DNA of 64,000 nt from Gammaproteobacteria bacterium (GTDB lineage: Bacteria; Pseudomonadota; Gammaproteobacteria; Francisellales; CACEW01), in assembly GCA_965662575.1 (NCBI GenBank), contig CBFIHN010000002.1, forward strand, positions 7,087-71,086. The letters are read 5' to 3'. Shown here piece by piece: positions 39,901-48,858 of the stretch. The notes below the pieces were generated by a model. It did not search any database, was not told the origin of the DNA, and saw only the letters and a list, made by a program, of their open reading frames with translations. The stretch's first letter is position 1, and each line of letters begins with the position of its first letter. The translations under genes were made by a program, and so were the position numbers.

Positions 39901-40140
39901 GACAATGGTCAGACATGGACAGTTGTATTGACAGCAAGTCATCAGGTTAATGGTATTCTTGATAATGACGGCATACTTTATGCATCCACTGACAATGGGC
40001 TGTACAAGATAAATGGTAATCAGCATCAACAATATTTAACAACCTCTGGACTACCTGGGAATAGCATCAATGATGCATTGTTAGTTGATCAGCAGTTATA
40101 TGTTGGTACGCAGGGTGGTTTGGCGCGGATGGATCTATAG
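36949..40140 (+). CDS. Lipoprotein with four Cys-pair Ig-like modules and an Asp-box (BNR) double beta-propeller
   Basis: Lipobox LLSAC followed by a GGGGSSSS linker. Cys pairs at residues 114/123, 221/231, 325/336 and 422/432. At least 10 S-x-D-x-G-x-(T/S)-W boxes (SRDQGKNW, STDYGKTW, SSDGGLTW, SADQGSTW, SDDGGQTW, SNDQGHTW, SEDAGATW, SLDNGKSW, SQDNGQTW and others). Confidence 0.75.
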   Translation: MDNRKQGRFPYQKICFNISLAVATALLSACGGGGSSSSPQPVPPVGPVAKLEVSSNNQVALGDSMDVHVKLQPLLMSFHLGAQTSPESAATNLKFNFVSPADANDFVVTKSISCNRFTPNQACTITLAAKDSAYQSLANSLVQYQVQATVDGIVQKSTVQTLRVNALSLHADRDTVASGDANTVTVSNITGKAIDLSKAQFTLAQADQADGAAVHIFDNQCVKLLPNNAQCTFKLQASNDAPTQDVSYQINANDDKLAEGAVSVVRPELAFSSLEPSQTESIPNQDFSLLVTNNSSVTAQKVSATLTSESGLNHGEALDVVKNDCDGINLSAGNSCEIIYRPTNETIATDIMVTAANADSAQEKITNRKSMLSLAVDPSTVTITDGIAHDIKVTVNNNGANTQPIAIDAPILGQPVAKDSNCGNILGAGKSCVNTYQFTGRASQSNPIKTDVTLSNGMSAGLQVNHYPAFYSLTASMHPVSTSLASHVGRFVLPYNYTDSSGVSHQILLFAGTQGLSISRDQGKNWKNLTAADGLGGNGINDIKVNDNSFYVATNAGISVSTDYGKTWHFRSVNGDQVNSLTFSGKTIYAGTAEGSVDISNDGYTWVQHDVDGVNQGNQVFQVVVSGDKIYALAIRGVFESSDGGLTWQQVNLPGSPVAIQMSMQNNHLYLATTLGIYQSADQGSTWQISLQNKGFVYDILFDDNHQPLAAATDTGAYFFTSGDTNNYHKYDAGSGLPSSKVYSLGVDSTGCFYAATSAGLTSLHHKATTWQSLGAVNTPFLPLDSSVGAYPGIDKRINQVNALFDYKNHLYVSTQYNGIGVSDDGGQTWQVITTGNGLPSDQIRQVVSDSSDKLYAATRHGLAVSNDQGHTWRILSGDSLFSVYAQGQNIVVGIVNGGIKFSEDAGATWQEAQGVAARSVYAFAKLGSTLYAGINGDGVYKSLDNGKSWDQLPSTNSFGSINALTVSGSMLYAGGQKGLFESQDNGQTWTVVLTASHQVNGILDNDGILYASTDNGLYKINGNQHQQYLTTSGLPGNSINDALLVDQQLYVGTQGGLARMDL

Positions 40141-40195
40141 GGAGTAATTTGAGTCACAGTATTGCTGTATTGCTGTATTGCTGTTTTCTCGGTAT

Positions 40196-41152
40196 TCAAT
40201 TACAGTTGCTGACTGACAAGACATCAATCAAATTTTGCATATCTTGTGGCAAAGGAGCTTGCCAAGTCAGCTCATGATTTGTGATCGGATGTCTTAAGCT
40301 TAGCTGATAGGCATGTAACGCTTGATGCTTGAACTGGCGCAAAGCTGCAATGAGTGATTCACTGGCACCAGCTGGCATGTGTAAGCGCCCCCCGTAGACG
40401 GGGTCGCCAACCAGTGGGTAGCCTTTATCGCTAAGATGAACCCGAATTTGATGTGTGCGGCCGGTCTCTAGAATCACGCGCAAGAGACTATGTGCAGCGA
40501 AACGTTGTAATACCCGAACATGAGTGACAGCATCTTTGCCCATGCCTTGTGGGGCAATTGCCATTTTGATGCGGTTTTTTGGATGACGGGTAATAGGCTT
40601 ATTAATTGAAAAACCGGCGGTTAATAGGCCACAAACAATGGCTTGATATTCGCGGTGAATGTCGCGGTTTTGCATCATGGCAATCAGTTTGGTGTAAGCA
40701 GGCAATGTTTTGGCAACCAATAACAGACCGCTAGTTTCTTTATCCAGACGATGCACAAGTCCAGCGCGTGGCAGCTGTTCTAAGCGAATGTCGTGATGTA
40801 ACAGCGCGTTGACAAGTGTGCCGCAACTGTTGCCCGCGCCTGGGTGAACCACCAGGCCGACGGGTTTATTAATGACCAGTAAATGAGCGTCTTCAAAAAT
40901 GATATCCAAAGCAATAGCCTCGGGTTTAGAGAAAGTCTCGGGGTCTTTTTGAATTGTGAGAGTAATCTCCTCGCCACCTTTGACCTTGTGCTTCGCCTCA
41001 GTTTTTTGGCCATCAAGTAAGATGTGACCGTGTTTTAACCACTTCTGTAGTCGTGAGCGTGAATAGTCCTTGAAGATTTGGCTTAGAGCTTGGTCAAAGC
41101 GCTGTCCGCATAGATCGGGTGAAATGACGACCCGTTGTCTATTGCTCATCAA
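40196..41152 (-). CDS. rluD: 23S rRNA pseudouridine synthase RluD
   Basis: S4 domain at the N-terminus, the HRLDKETSGLLLVAK catalytic motif and GRTHQIRVH. Confidence 0.9.
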   Translation of the reverse strand: MMSNRQRVVISPDLCGQRFDQALSQIFKDYSRSRLQKWLKHGHILLDGQKTEAKHKVKGGEEITLTIQKDPETFSKPEAIALDIIFEDAHLLVINKPVGLVVHPGAGNSCGTLVNALLHHDIRLEQLPRAGLVHRLDKETSGLLLVAKTLPAYTKLIAMMQNRDIHREYQAIVCGLLTAGFSINKPITRHPKNRIKMAIAPQGMGKDAVTHVRVLQRFAAHSLLRVILETGRTHQIRVHLSDKGYPLVGDPVYGGRLHMPAGASESLIAALRQFKHQALHAYQLSLRHPITNHELTWQAPLPQDMQNLIDVLSVSNCN

Positions 41153-41158
41153 TGTATA

Positions 41159-41965
41159 TTATTTGCTAGTACGCAGCGAGTCAGCAATCAAAGCGATAGC
41201 AATCACAATGACGCCGGAGAGAATCAGGCTGACAAGAATCAATAGGCATGCCAGTATGCTTCGGCTTAATCCGGTTTTTTCTACAACCAGTGTTGATAAG
41301 GCCTGATTGTTTGTCGTTAAGCTCTGTTGCTTCAGTTGTAGTTGATTTAATGTTGTTTGAATCTTAGATAAAACTGCGGCATAGCTTGAAGCAATCAAGT
41401 GGTAGTCAAGGGAATTTTTTGTGTTGTGGCCTGCCGCGTTGATTTGTCGAATGTAGAACAGGCGCTGTTTGTTCAGTAGTGCTTGTTCACTTTTCCAATT
41501 ATTAAGAATTTTTGCAATGGCAGGTTGCTGTAGACCATCAATTTGTTTGATCACCTGGTTAAATAAGTGCACTGCTGATTTGATCTGTGATTTGCGTAGT
41601 TTGACTGTTAACTGCACATACAGGGGAGTCGTGTTGTTTGCTGAGCCGGCGACATGCATGTCATGGAAAAGCACATTGCTAGCATTCTCTACTAGACTTG
41701 GTAGTACCATGGTTTTTGCGAGCTCGCTACTTGATAGCTGTTGCGTTAGTAGCGGTAATAGTGTCTTCGTGTCAGTGTTATTGCTGTTATTGACATTGTT
41801 ATAGTGCGGTGCGATAAAAGTTTGTGAGACTTGATACTTTTGTTGGTGAAAAATAAGAAAAATAGCACTGAGGATGACAAGGATAATAAATAAACTAATC
41901 GCTTTCTTTTTGTGCTTGAAGAGGATCGAAATAAGATCAGCGAGTGAGATAACGTCAGCTTGCAT
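41159..41965 (-). CDS. Wzz/PCP-like polysaccharide chain-length-determinant-type membrane protein
   Basis: N-terminus ISLADLISILFKHKKKAISLFIILVILSAIFLIF, a periplasmic coiled-coil-like middle, and a C-terminal TM (ILACLLILVSLILSGVIVIAIALI). Confidence 0.5.
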   Translation of the reverse strand: MQADVISLADLISILFKHKKKAISLFIILVILSAIFLIFHQQKYQVSQTFIAPHYNNVNNSNNTDTKTLLPLLTQQLSSSELAKTMVLPSLVENASNVLFHDMHVAGSANNTTPLYVQLTVKLRKSQIKSAVHLFNQVIKQIDGLQQPAIAKILNNWKSEQALLNKQRLFYIRQINAAGHNTKNSLDYHLIASSYAAVLSKIQTTLNQLQLKQQSLTTNNQALSTLVVEKTGLSRSILACLLILVSLILSGVIVIAIALIADSLRTSK

Positions 41966-42078
41966 GGATGACCAGTGTGTTAATGGTTTGGTCTCGACTT
42001 TACGCTAAATGGTAGTAATATCATAGCGTTTGGTAGCGATTTGCCTGGCTAACCATCAATCACAGTCACCGACCATAG

Positions 42079-42792
42079 CTACAGTTGCCAATTAATTGTT
42101 GATTTACCATGAGCTTTAAGATAATCATTTGTTTTTGAAAAGGGCTGACTACCTAAAAAACCACGGTGTGCTGATAGCGGCGAGGGATGTGGTGATTTAA
42201 TGACTAAATGACGGTTACTGTCAATAAATGCGCCTTTTTTTTGTGCATAGCTGCCCCAGAGTAAAAAGACGAGATGTTCGTGTTGCTCATTGAGTTGATG
42301 AATAATCACATCGGTGAAGCGTTCCCAGCCTTTGCCCTGATGTGAGGCCGCCAGGTTTTTTTCTACCGTGAGGACACTGTTTAAGAGTAAAACACCTTGC
42401 TGTGCCCAGGGGGTCAAGCAGCCGTGATTGGGTATTTGAAAGCCAATATCATGATGTAGCTCCTGATAGATATTGCGCAAAGAGGGTGGAATGGCGATGC
42501 CAGGTTTGACTGAAAAGGATAAACCGTGCGCTTGATTAGGCCCATGATAGGGATCTTGTCCTAATATCACCACTTTAATCTCATCAAATGGTACGGCATT
42601 AAGTGCCGCAAAATAGTCATTACCCTGGGGATAAATCTCTTTGCCCTGCTGCTTTTCTTGGACTAAAAACATACGTAGTCTTTGCATATAATCTTGGGTA
42701 AATTCAGAGGCTAGGCGAATTTTCCAGCTCTCTTGCAGTTGGACTTGGCGGTTCACATCTTGTGTTTTTTTGGTGGCAACGCTACCCTGCAT
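42079..42792 (-). CDS. ung: Uracil-DNA glycosylase
   Basis: [33 protein letters not shown] and HPSPLSA motifs. Confidence 0.92.
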   Translation of the reverse strand: MQGSVATKKTQDVNRQVQLQESWKIRLASEFTQDYMQRLRMFLVQEKQQGKEIYPQGNDYFAALNAVPFDEIKVVILGQDPYHGPNQAHGLSFSVKPGIAIPPSLRNIYQELHHDIGFQIPNHGCLTPWAQQGVLLLNSVLTVEKNLAASHQGKGWERFTDVIIHQLNEQHEHLVFLLWGSYAQKKGAFIDSNRHLVIKSPHPSPLSAHRGFLGSQPFSKTNDYLKAHGKSTINWQL

Positions 42793-42812
42793 AAAAATCT
42801 TTTATTCTATTT

Positions 42813-43667
42813 ATGTTGTTGTCAGTGTACCAAAGCTCACCACATTTGTTGACAGTTGTTGTTGCAGTGATAGGCGCTTGTGTTGGTAGTTTTTTGAATG
42901 TAGTGATCTATCGTGTGCCTTTGATATTAAAGCATCATTGGGAAAAACCAGGTGAGCACTGTGAATTAAGTTTGTGGCATCCGCGTTCACATTGTCTGTA
43001 TTGTCATCAAACGCTGGTTTGGTGGCAGTTATTACCATTCATTAGTTTCATCGCTTTGCGTGGCCGATGTGGTCATTGCGATGGCAAAATTTCTTATCGC
43101 TATCCAGCTGTTGAGCTACTGTCAGCGTTGATATCTGGTTTTGTCACGTGGCATGTTGGTGCGCTGTGGTCATTACCCTTTATTTTGTTGTTTAGTTGGT
43201 TCGTGCTGGCCTTATTTTTCATTGATTATGATCACCAGTTACTACCAGACAGCTTAACTCTGCCTCTGATCTGGCTTGGTTTAATAGCGAATACCTGTGG
43301 TCTTTTTAGTGATTTACATAGTGCCGTGATTGGTGCTGTTGTTGGTTATCTATCATTGTGGCTTGTTTTTTGGCTGTTCAAATTGCTGACAGGTAAAGAA
43401 GGCTTGGGCTATGGAGATTTTAAATTATTTGCTGCGATAGGTGCATGGGTTGGTTGGCAGTTGCTGCCACTAACCCTTCTAATGGCAGGCATTTTGGGGT
43501 TGCTATTTGTTGTGTTAAGAAAGCTTTGTCGTCGGACGGCGATGGACCAAGCCATTGCTTTTGGCCCAGCGTTGATTATTGCCGGGTGGCTTGCCTTGGT
43601 TTGGGGGCCTGCTCTTGCTGCTTATTATTGGCTATACACAGCGCCAATAGTTTTAGGCGCATCGTGA
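42813..43667 (+). CDS. pilD: Prepilin peptidase / N-methyltransferase
   Basis: GSFLNVVIYR, the Cys pairs CLYC...CGHC, and the YGDFKLFAAIGAW active-site region. Confidence 0.9.
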   Translation: MLLSVYQSSPHLLTVVVAVIGACVGSFLNVVIYRVPLILKHHWEKPGEHCELSLWHPRSHCLYCHQTLVWWQLLPFISFIALRGRCGHCDGKISYRYPAVELLSALISGFVTWHVGALWSLPFILLFSWFVLALFFIDYDHQLLPDSLTLPLIWLGLIANTCGLFSDLHSAVIGAVVGYLSLWLVFWLFKLLTGKEGLGYGDFKLFAAIGAWVGWQLLPLTLLMAGILGLLFVVLRKLCRRTAMDQAIAFGPALIIAGWLALVWGPALAAYYWLYTAPIVLGAS

Positions 43668-43707
43668 AAGCATGTATAATCCCAGGCCATATTCATTTTG
43701 CTATGTC

Positions 43708-45273
43708 ATGATTGTGCGTTTTGTTATCAGTTTGACGTTATTATTCAGTGGTGCAAGTTTTGCATTGCCCCTAAAAAATTTGCCGGGCAAACAACCATTT
43801 TTGCCGGCAAAACCAGACAATTTTTTAAGCTTAAATTCGCCGTTGCCCATGGCCAAGGCCAGTAATCTTTTGACCCTTCGTGAGGCCGTGCTGATAGCAC
43901 TGCACCATAACCCGCAATTAATCACCAGCATTAATAATCGCAAGCTTGAGTACTATGATCTCTATGCTGCACAAGAAGCTTTTCTACCGCAGCTAAGTAT
44001 CAGTGGCAGTGCAACATACACCAAAAATGATAATAGTAGCAGTGGTGGTGATCAGCCTGATAGTGATAGCAGTTCTAGTAGCAAAACCTTCGATATTGGG
44101 CCGTCGGTGAGTTGGAAAATGCCATGGGGTGCCACACTCAGTGGTGCTGTCGGCTATAGCCCAAGTTCACAGACAGGCGTAGGCGGTAGTGACGGTAAAA
44201 ATACATCTTGGAATATTAGTATCAGTCAGCCACTGTTGCAAAATTTTGGTGTCGACGTCAATGAGATCTCATTACGCAATGCCAAAGACCAGCAAACAGT
44301 CGATAGCCTAAATTTGAAAAAGCAAGTGTTTAGTACGTTGATTAAAACGGCGCAGGATTACTATGCCCTTTACCAGGCAAAACAAAGCCTGGACATTGCG
44401 AAACAGGCGTTGATACAAAAGCAGCAGGCCTTGCAAACTCGTCAAGCCATGCTGAAAGCTGGGCGCATTCCCAGAATGGATCTGGTGCAAGCGCGTCTTG
44501 ATATTACTTCCCAACAGCAGGCAGTGCACACCGCGATGCAAGGTTTCAGCACAGCTAAAACGACCTTACTGAATGATTTGGGTTTGCCAGAGACAACAGA
44601 TTTTAGTTTGCCCAAGCAGCTTGAGTTGCAACTTACCCAGCCGAGCTTAAAGGATAGTCTAGAGTTAGCGACTAAAAATAATATTGATCTTGCTGTTGCG
44701 CGATTGAACTATATTCAACAGCAACGCAATATGCTCAGTGCAAAAAACCAACGCCGTTGGCAGTTAGATCTTAAACTATCTCGTTCGCATCAGCGGTTTG
44801 CACAAACTTTTCCAGGAGATTCTGATCAAAATAATACTAATTTTGTGAATAATACCTCGGTGTCGCTTGATCTGAGTATTCCGTTTAATCAAGTGGATAT
44901 TGATAAAGCACAACTATCGGCCTCAATTAATCAACAAAATGCACAGATTGCGATGGAAAATGCCAAGCGCAGTTTAAAGACGAATGTGATTACCGCGGTG
45001 AATAATCTAAAACAGCAATGGCAGCAATTAGAGACATCAAAGCAAAATCTCAAGCTCAACGAAGAAAATGTTAAAGCGGCGCAAGTTCGCTTTCAATACG
45101 GCAAGTTAGGTGCCTTTAGCCTATCGCAACAGCAACAACAGTTAATCCAGGCAAAAATTAATTTAGTCGGTGCCAAAATTCATTATCTTGAACAAGTGAT
45201 GAATTACCAGGAATTGGTTGGCACTTTATTGCAAAAATGGCATATTCAATTGAGGGTTCCATCGCATGCGTAA
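43708..45273 (+). CDS. TolC-family outer-membrane efflux channel
   Basis: Signal peptide MIVRFVISLTLLFSGASFA, a duplicated OEP coiled-coil/beta-barrel pattern, and a low-complexity insert NDNSSSGGDQPDSDSSSSSK. The track ORF starts at 43672. Confidence 0.8.
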   Translation: MIVRFVISLTLLFSGASFALPLKNLPGKQPFLPAKPDNFLSLNSPLPMAKASNLLTLREAVLIALHHNPQLITSINNRKLEYYDLYAAQEAFLPQLSISGSATYTKNDNSSSGGDQPDSDSSSSSKTFDIGPSVSWKMPWGATLSGAVGYSPSSQTGVGGSDGKNTSWNISISQPLLQNFGVDVNEISLRNAKDQQTVDSLNLKKQVFSTLIKTAQDYYALYQAKQSLDIAKQALIQKQQALQTRQAMLKAGRIPRMDLVQARLDITSQQQAVHTAMQGFSTAKTTLLNDLGLPETTDFSLPKQLELQLTQPSLKDSLELATKNNIDLAVARLNYIQQQRNMLSAKNQRRWQLDLKLSRSHQRFAQTFPGDSDQNNTNFVNNTSVSLDLSIPFNQVDIDKAQLSASINQQNAQIAMENAKRSLKTNVITAVNNLKQQWQQLETSKQNLKLNEENVKAAQVRFQYGKLGAFSLSQQQQQLIQAKINLVGAKIHYLEQVMNYQELVGTLLQKWHIQLRVPSHA

Positions 45274-46519
45274 GTTTTTATTCTCATCTCGCCTGAGTCG
45301 TCATGTTCTTGCCAGTATTTTTAGCCTGTTACCTTTGTCGGTCATGGCGGCCCCTAAGCTGTATACGGTCAGTTATGGTGAGGCAACACAAACGCTTTAT
45401 TATAGCGGGAGTATTTCGCCACTGAAAAATGTGCCGGTGATTAGCCCTTCAGCTGGCGTGGTCGATCAGGTGTATTTTGCTTATGGTTCCGTGGTTAAAA
45501 AAGGGCAGAAGCTATTACATATCAATTCAAAAAAATTATCCAATGACTTACGTAATGCCAAGGTCAGTTACTTACAAGCGATGGATAATTACCGTAAGTA
45601 TCAAGATTGGCGGCAAAGTGATAGTGTCATCAATGCGCAAGATAGTCTGTTGCGTGCCAAACGTAGCCTGACGACAGCTGAAACAACCTACCAAGAGAAC
45701 CAGCATTTATACAAGATGGGTATTATTGCTAAAGATACGCTTGAGCAAAGTAAAAATGCCGTATCAGATAGTAAAATGAACTATCAGCAACAACAACGAG
45801 CGCTGCAACAAACCCTTGAAAAAGGCAAAGGTGATAGTTTTTTAAGTGTGCAGTTGCAAATGGAAAATGCGAAAGAGAAATATCAATCCTTGCAGCGGCA
45901 GGTTGACCAAAAGACGGTAAATGCTCCCGCAACTGGCATTGTGTTAGTGCCAGAAAATACCAGCAGTAGTGGTGATGATAAAAGTAATGGCAAAGTGATT
46001 GCCGGTTCTACGATTAGCTATCAGCAAGTGTTAATGGATATTGGAGATATGAGTGGTTTGAAGATCGATTTTTTCGTGCCAGAAATCAATATCAATCAGA
46101 TTAAGAAAGGTGACGTCGCAGTCATCACCGGTTCAGCGTTCCCCAAAGTAACACTTCATGGTGTGGTCACCGAAGTAGCAGCACAAGCCTCAGGCGGTGG
46201 CGAAGGTGGTGGTTTGCCGACATTTCCGGTTGAGGTGGTGGTTAAAAAAGTCACGCCGGATCAGGCTAAGTGGATACGCTCGGGAATGGATGCACAGATT
46301 GCAATTACGGTTTATCGGCATAATAAAGCCCTGACGGTGCCAGTGAATGCGGTTAGCCACGATCAATCCGGCAAAAATGTGGTGCACGTCTATAACACCA
46401 AAACTCAAACCAGCAAGGCAGTTGTTGTGCGGGTTGGAAAAGTATTGGTTGATAAAGCTGAAATTTTATCAGGGCTGACAATCGGTGAGAAAGTTGTCCT
46501 ACCATCAGTGAAGACATAA
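45266..46519 (+). CDS. Periplasmic adaptor (HlyD/MacA-like membrane fusion protein)
   Basis: Signal peptide, a lipoyl/coiled-coil/beta-barrel order, and overlaps with both neighbours. Confidence 0.8.
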   Translation: MRKFLFSSRLSRHVLASIFSLLPLSVMAAPKLYTVSYGEATQTLYYSGSISPLKNVPVISPSAGVVDQVYFAYGSVVKKGQKLLHINSKKLSNDLRNAKVSYLQAMDNYRKYQDWRQSDSVINAQDSLLRAKRSLTTAETTYQENQHLYKMGIIAKDTLEQSKNAVSDSKMNYQQQQRALQQTLEKGKGDSFLSVQLQMENAKEKYQSLQRQVDQKTVNAPATGIVLVPENTSSSGDDKSNGKVIAGSTISYQQVLMDIGDMSGLKIDFFVPEININQIKKGDVAVITGSAFPKVTLHGVVTEVAAQASGGGEGGGLPTFPVEVVVKKVTPDQAKWIRSGMDAQIAITVYRHNKALTVPVNAVSHDQSGKNVVHVYNTKTQTSKAVVVRVGKVLVDKAEILSGLTIGEKVVLPSVKT

Positions 46520-47718
46520 TGGTTAGTTTAAAAACCCATTTTTTTGAAGCGATTCGTCAGTTAACGATTTCAAAGTTGCGTGCATTTTTAGCAGTGCTTG
46601 GTATTCTGGTGGGTACAGCGTCAGTTGTGGCAATGGTGTCTATCGGTCAATTGGCGGAGCATCAAATTCTATCCCAGTTCACAAAAATGGGGATCAATCT
46701 ATTGTCTGTTTCAACGTATTCAAATAGCTTTGGTACCCAGCAACAAGCCAATCCGCATGCACACTTAAGTATCAAAACAGCCAATGCCTTGGTGCATAGC
46801 TCTCAAAACATTGCACTAGTTGCGCCTTATTTTGGTAGCTATGGTGGTATTGTCTATCGCGGTAAAAGTATGCAAGGCAGCGCTGTGGGTATAACGCCGA
46901 GTATGGTTGATATTGCCAAGCTGCAGTTATTGAAAGGCCGATTTTTATCTTACCTCGATGTGCATAGTTATTTTTGTGTGATTGGTTATGATTTATATCA
47001 GGCGATGAAAACACGTGGCTTTACTGATCCAATTGGCAGCCAAATTAAATCTGGTTCGACTATTTTCACTATTGTTGGTGTGATGAAAAAATGGCCAACC
47101 AATTTCTTTTTTAATACCGATTTTAATCATGCTATTTTAGTACCCTTAAATATTGCCATGTCATTACAGAAGAATGCGGTCATCAGCAACTTGGCAATTA
47201 AAATTCGTGATACAAATCTTATGGCGACAACACAGTCAGTCATCAAGACCTATATCAAAGCACATACGATTAAGCAAAATGTCAGTATCCGTAGTCCCAA
47301 GTCAATTATTGATAGTATGAAAAAATCCTCTGAAACCATGACCTTATTGTTAGGGTTGATTGGTAGTATTTCCTTGCTCGTTGGTGGTATTGGGGTAATG
47401 AATATTATGTTGGTGTCGGTAACAGAGCGCCATAAAGAGATTGGTATTCGCTTAGCGATTGGCGCAAAGCAGCGTGATATACAACTACAATTTTTAGTTG
47501 AAGCGGTGGTGCTATCTGTGTTTGGTGGCGTTGCTGGTATGTTGCTTGGGGTTCTAGCGACATGGATTGTCTCGATCGTTTCGCATTGGCAATTTGCCGT
47601 ATTTTTCTTGCCGCCATTGATTGGCTGTCTGGTTTCAGTGCTAGTAGGTATTTTCTTTGGATTTTATCCTGCATGGAAAGCAGCGAAACTTGATCCGATT
47701 CAAACACTGCGCGCTTAG
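46519..47718 (+). CDS. MacB/FtsX-type ABC transporter permease (no ATPase domain)
   Basis: 399 aa: TM1, a large periplasmic domain, then three C-terminal TMs with TERHKEIGIRLAIGAKQRDI (FtsX signature). No Walker A anywhere in the protein. Confidence 0.85.
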   Translation: MVSLKTHFFEAIRQLTISKLRAFLAVLGILVGTASVVAMVSIGQLAEHQILSQFTKMGINLLSVSTYSNSFGTQQQANPHAHLSIKTANALVHSSQNIALVAPYFGSYGGIVYRGKSMQGSAVGITPSMVDIAKLQLLKGRFLSYLDVHSYFCVIGYDLYQAMKTRGFTDPIGSQIKSGSTIFTIVGVMKKWPTNFFFNTDFNHAILVPLNIAMSLQKNAVISNLAIKIRDTNLMATTQSVIKTYIKAHTIKQNVSIRSPKSIIDSMKKSSETMTLLLGLIGSISLLVGGIGVMNIMLVSVTERHKEIGIRLAIGAKQRDIQLQFLVEAVVLSVFGGVAGMLLGVLATWIVSIVSHWQFAVFFLPPLIGCLVSVLVGIFFGFYPAWKAAKLDPIQTLRA

Positions 47719-48335
47719 TGCAGTAATTCTTGTAACAGATTTTTTTGTAATTGTGCTTGGCGTTCACGGCGGAAGTGTGCTGTTTCAATAATTTGATATA
47801 GTTGCTCGAGAGTTTGTGCAAAATCATCATTAATTAATAAATAATCAAATTCGTTATAATGACTCATTTCATCTTGCGCTTTGGTCATGCGTCGATTAAT
47901 CGTTTCATAGTCATCTTGACCGCGGTTTAACAGGCGCTCACGTAAAGCCATTTTTGATGGGGGTAATAAGAAGATGCTGGTGACTTGCGAGGTAGGAAAA
48001 TTCTTGCGAATTTGTTCGGCACCTTGCCAATCAATATCGAGTAAGACATCCTTTCCTTGCTCTAGCGGCTGCAAAATCGCGGCTTTACTGGTGGCGTAGT
48101 GATAATCAAAAACTTGCGCATGCTCAACAAAATCACCACGATCTCGATATTCAATAAAGGTTTCATCAGTAATGAAATGATAATGTTGACCAGGCTCCTC
48201 AGCAGGGCGTTGTGCGCGGGTTGTATGAGATACAGCTACCGCTAAACGTGGTTCTTTTTCAAGCAACGCTTTGACTAAACTGGTTTTCCCTGCACCAGAC
48301 GGTGCGGCAATAATAAAAATTAGGCCTGGAAGCAT
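47715..48335 (-). CDS. gmk: Guanylate kinase
   Basis: P-loop APSGAGKTSL, SHTTRAQR and the GD..EHA region. Confidence 0.92.
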   Translation of the reverse strand: MLPGLIFIIAAPSGAGKTSLVKALLEKEPRLAVAVSHTTRAQRPAEEPGQHYHFITDETFIEYRDRGDFVEHAQVFDYHYATSKAAILQPLEQGKDVLLDIDWQGAEQIRKNFPTSQVTSIFLLPPSKMALRERLLNRGQDDYETINRRMTKAQDEMSHYNEFDYLLINDDFAQTLEQLYQIIETAHFRRERQAQLQKNLLQELLH

Positions 48336-48642
48336 GTCATTAAAAGAATAAGTGTCTTAGCTGAATTGTAGCATAGTCGATATTGAATCACTGTTATGTA
48401 GGTCATCACATCTAGAAGGATCTCGGCTTAACAGCTACTTTTTTCTCAAAATGAACATTGCTCACCGTGCAATATATTACCTATGATCAGGCTCACAAAA
48501 ATCCATGGTGAAACAAAACGATTTGCTAAAAAACCATCATTCTACCTGTGATTAGCCGTAACAACTGAGGCGTGGATCGTCCCGCTAGCACTTGAACGCC
48601 GCAGCTGTTAAAACAATGTGGAAATGGGTAAAAAGATGACGG

Positions 48643-48690
48643 TTGCATAATTGGCTTTTGCGAACCGGACATCTCTACTTTGAGTTGACA
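48643..48690 (+). mobile_element. Solo right-end remnant of the same IS family
   Basis: The 20-mer AACCGGACATCTCTACTTTG (48663-48682) is identical to 51050-51069. The terminal AGTTGACA matches the IS terminus GGTTGACA. It lacks the 25-bp internal repeat unit, and no transposase lies to its left. Confidence 0.55.
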
Positions 48691-48858
48691 ATTTGAAACA
48701 AGCGACAACTAAATTATTTTTCTCTTGTTGCCAACGGTAAAGTTGGTTGACATTTGATAAACTACAATTGGAAAAGAGCCCAGAAGAGACTAGATTCAGC
48801 GCTTACGCAATTAATTTAATATTAATTTTACTTTGATATAAAATTTTTCTAGGAATGT

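Noticed and set aside
40159-40182. Three tandem copies of GTATTGCT
   Set aside because: It is a tiny microsatellite between two convergent stop codons with no evident function.
48526-48708. 60-aa minus-strand ORF
   Set aside because: It spans the solo IS end remnant and has no coding signature.
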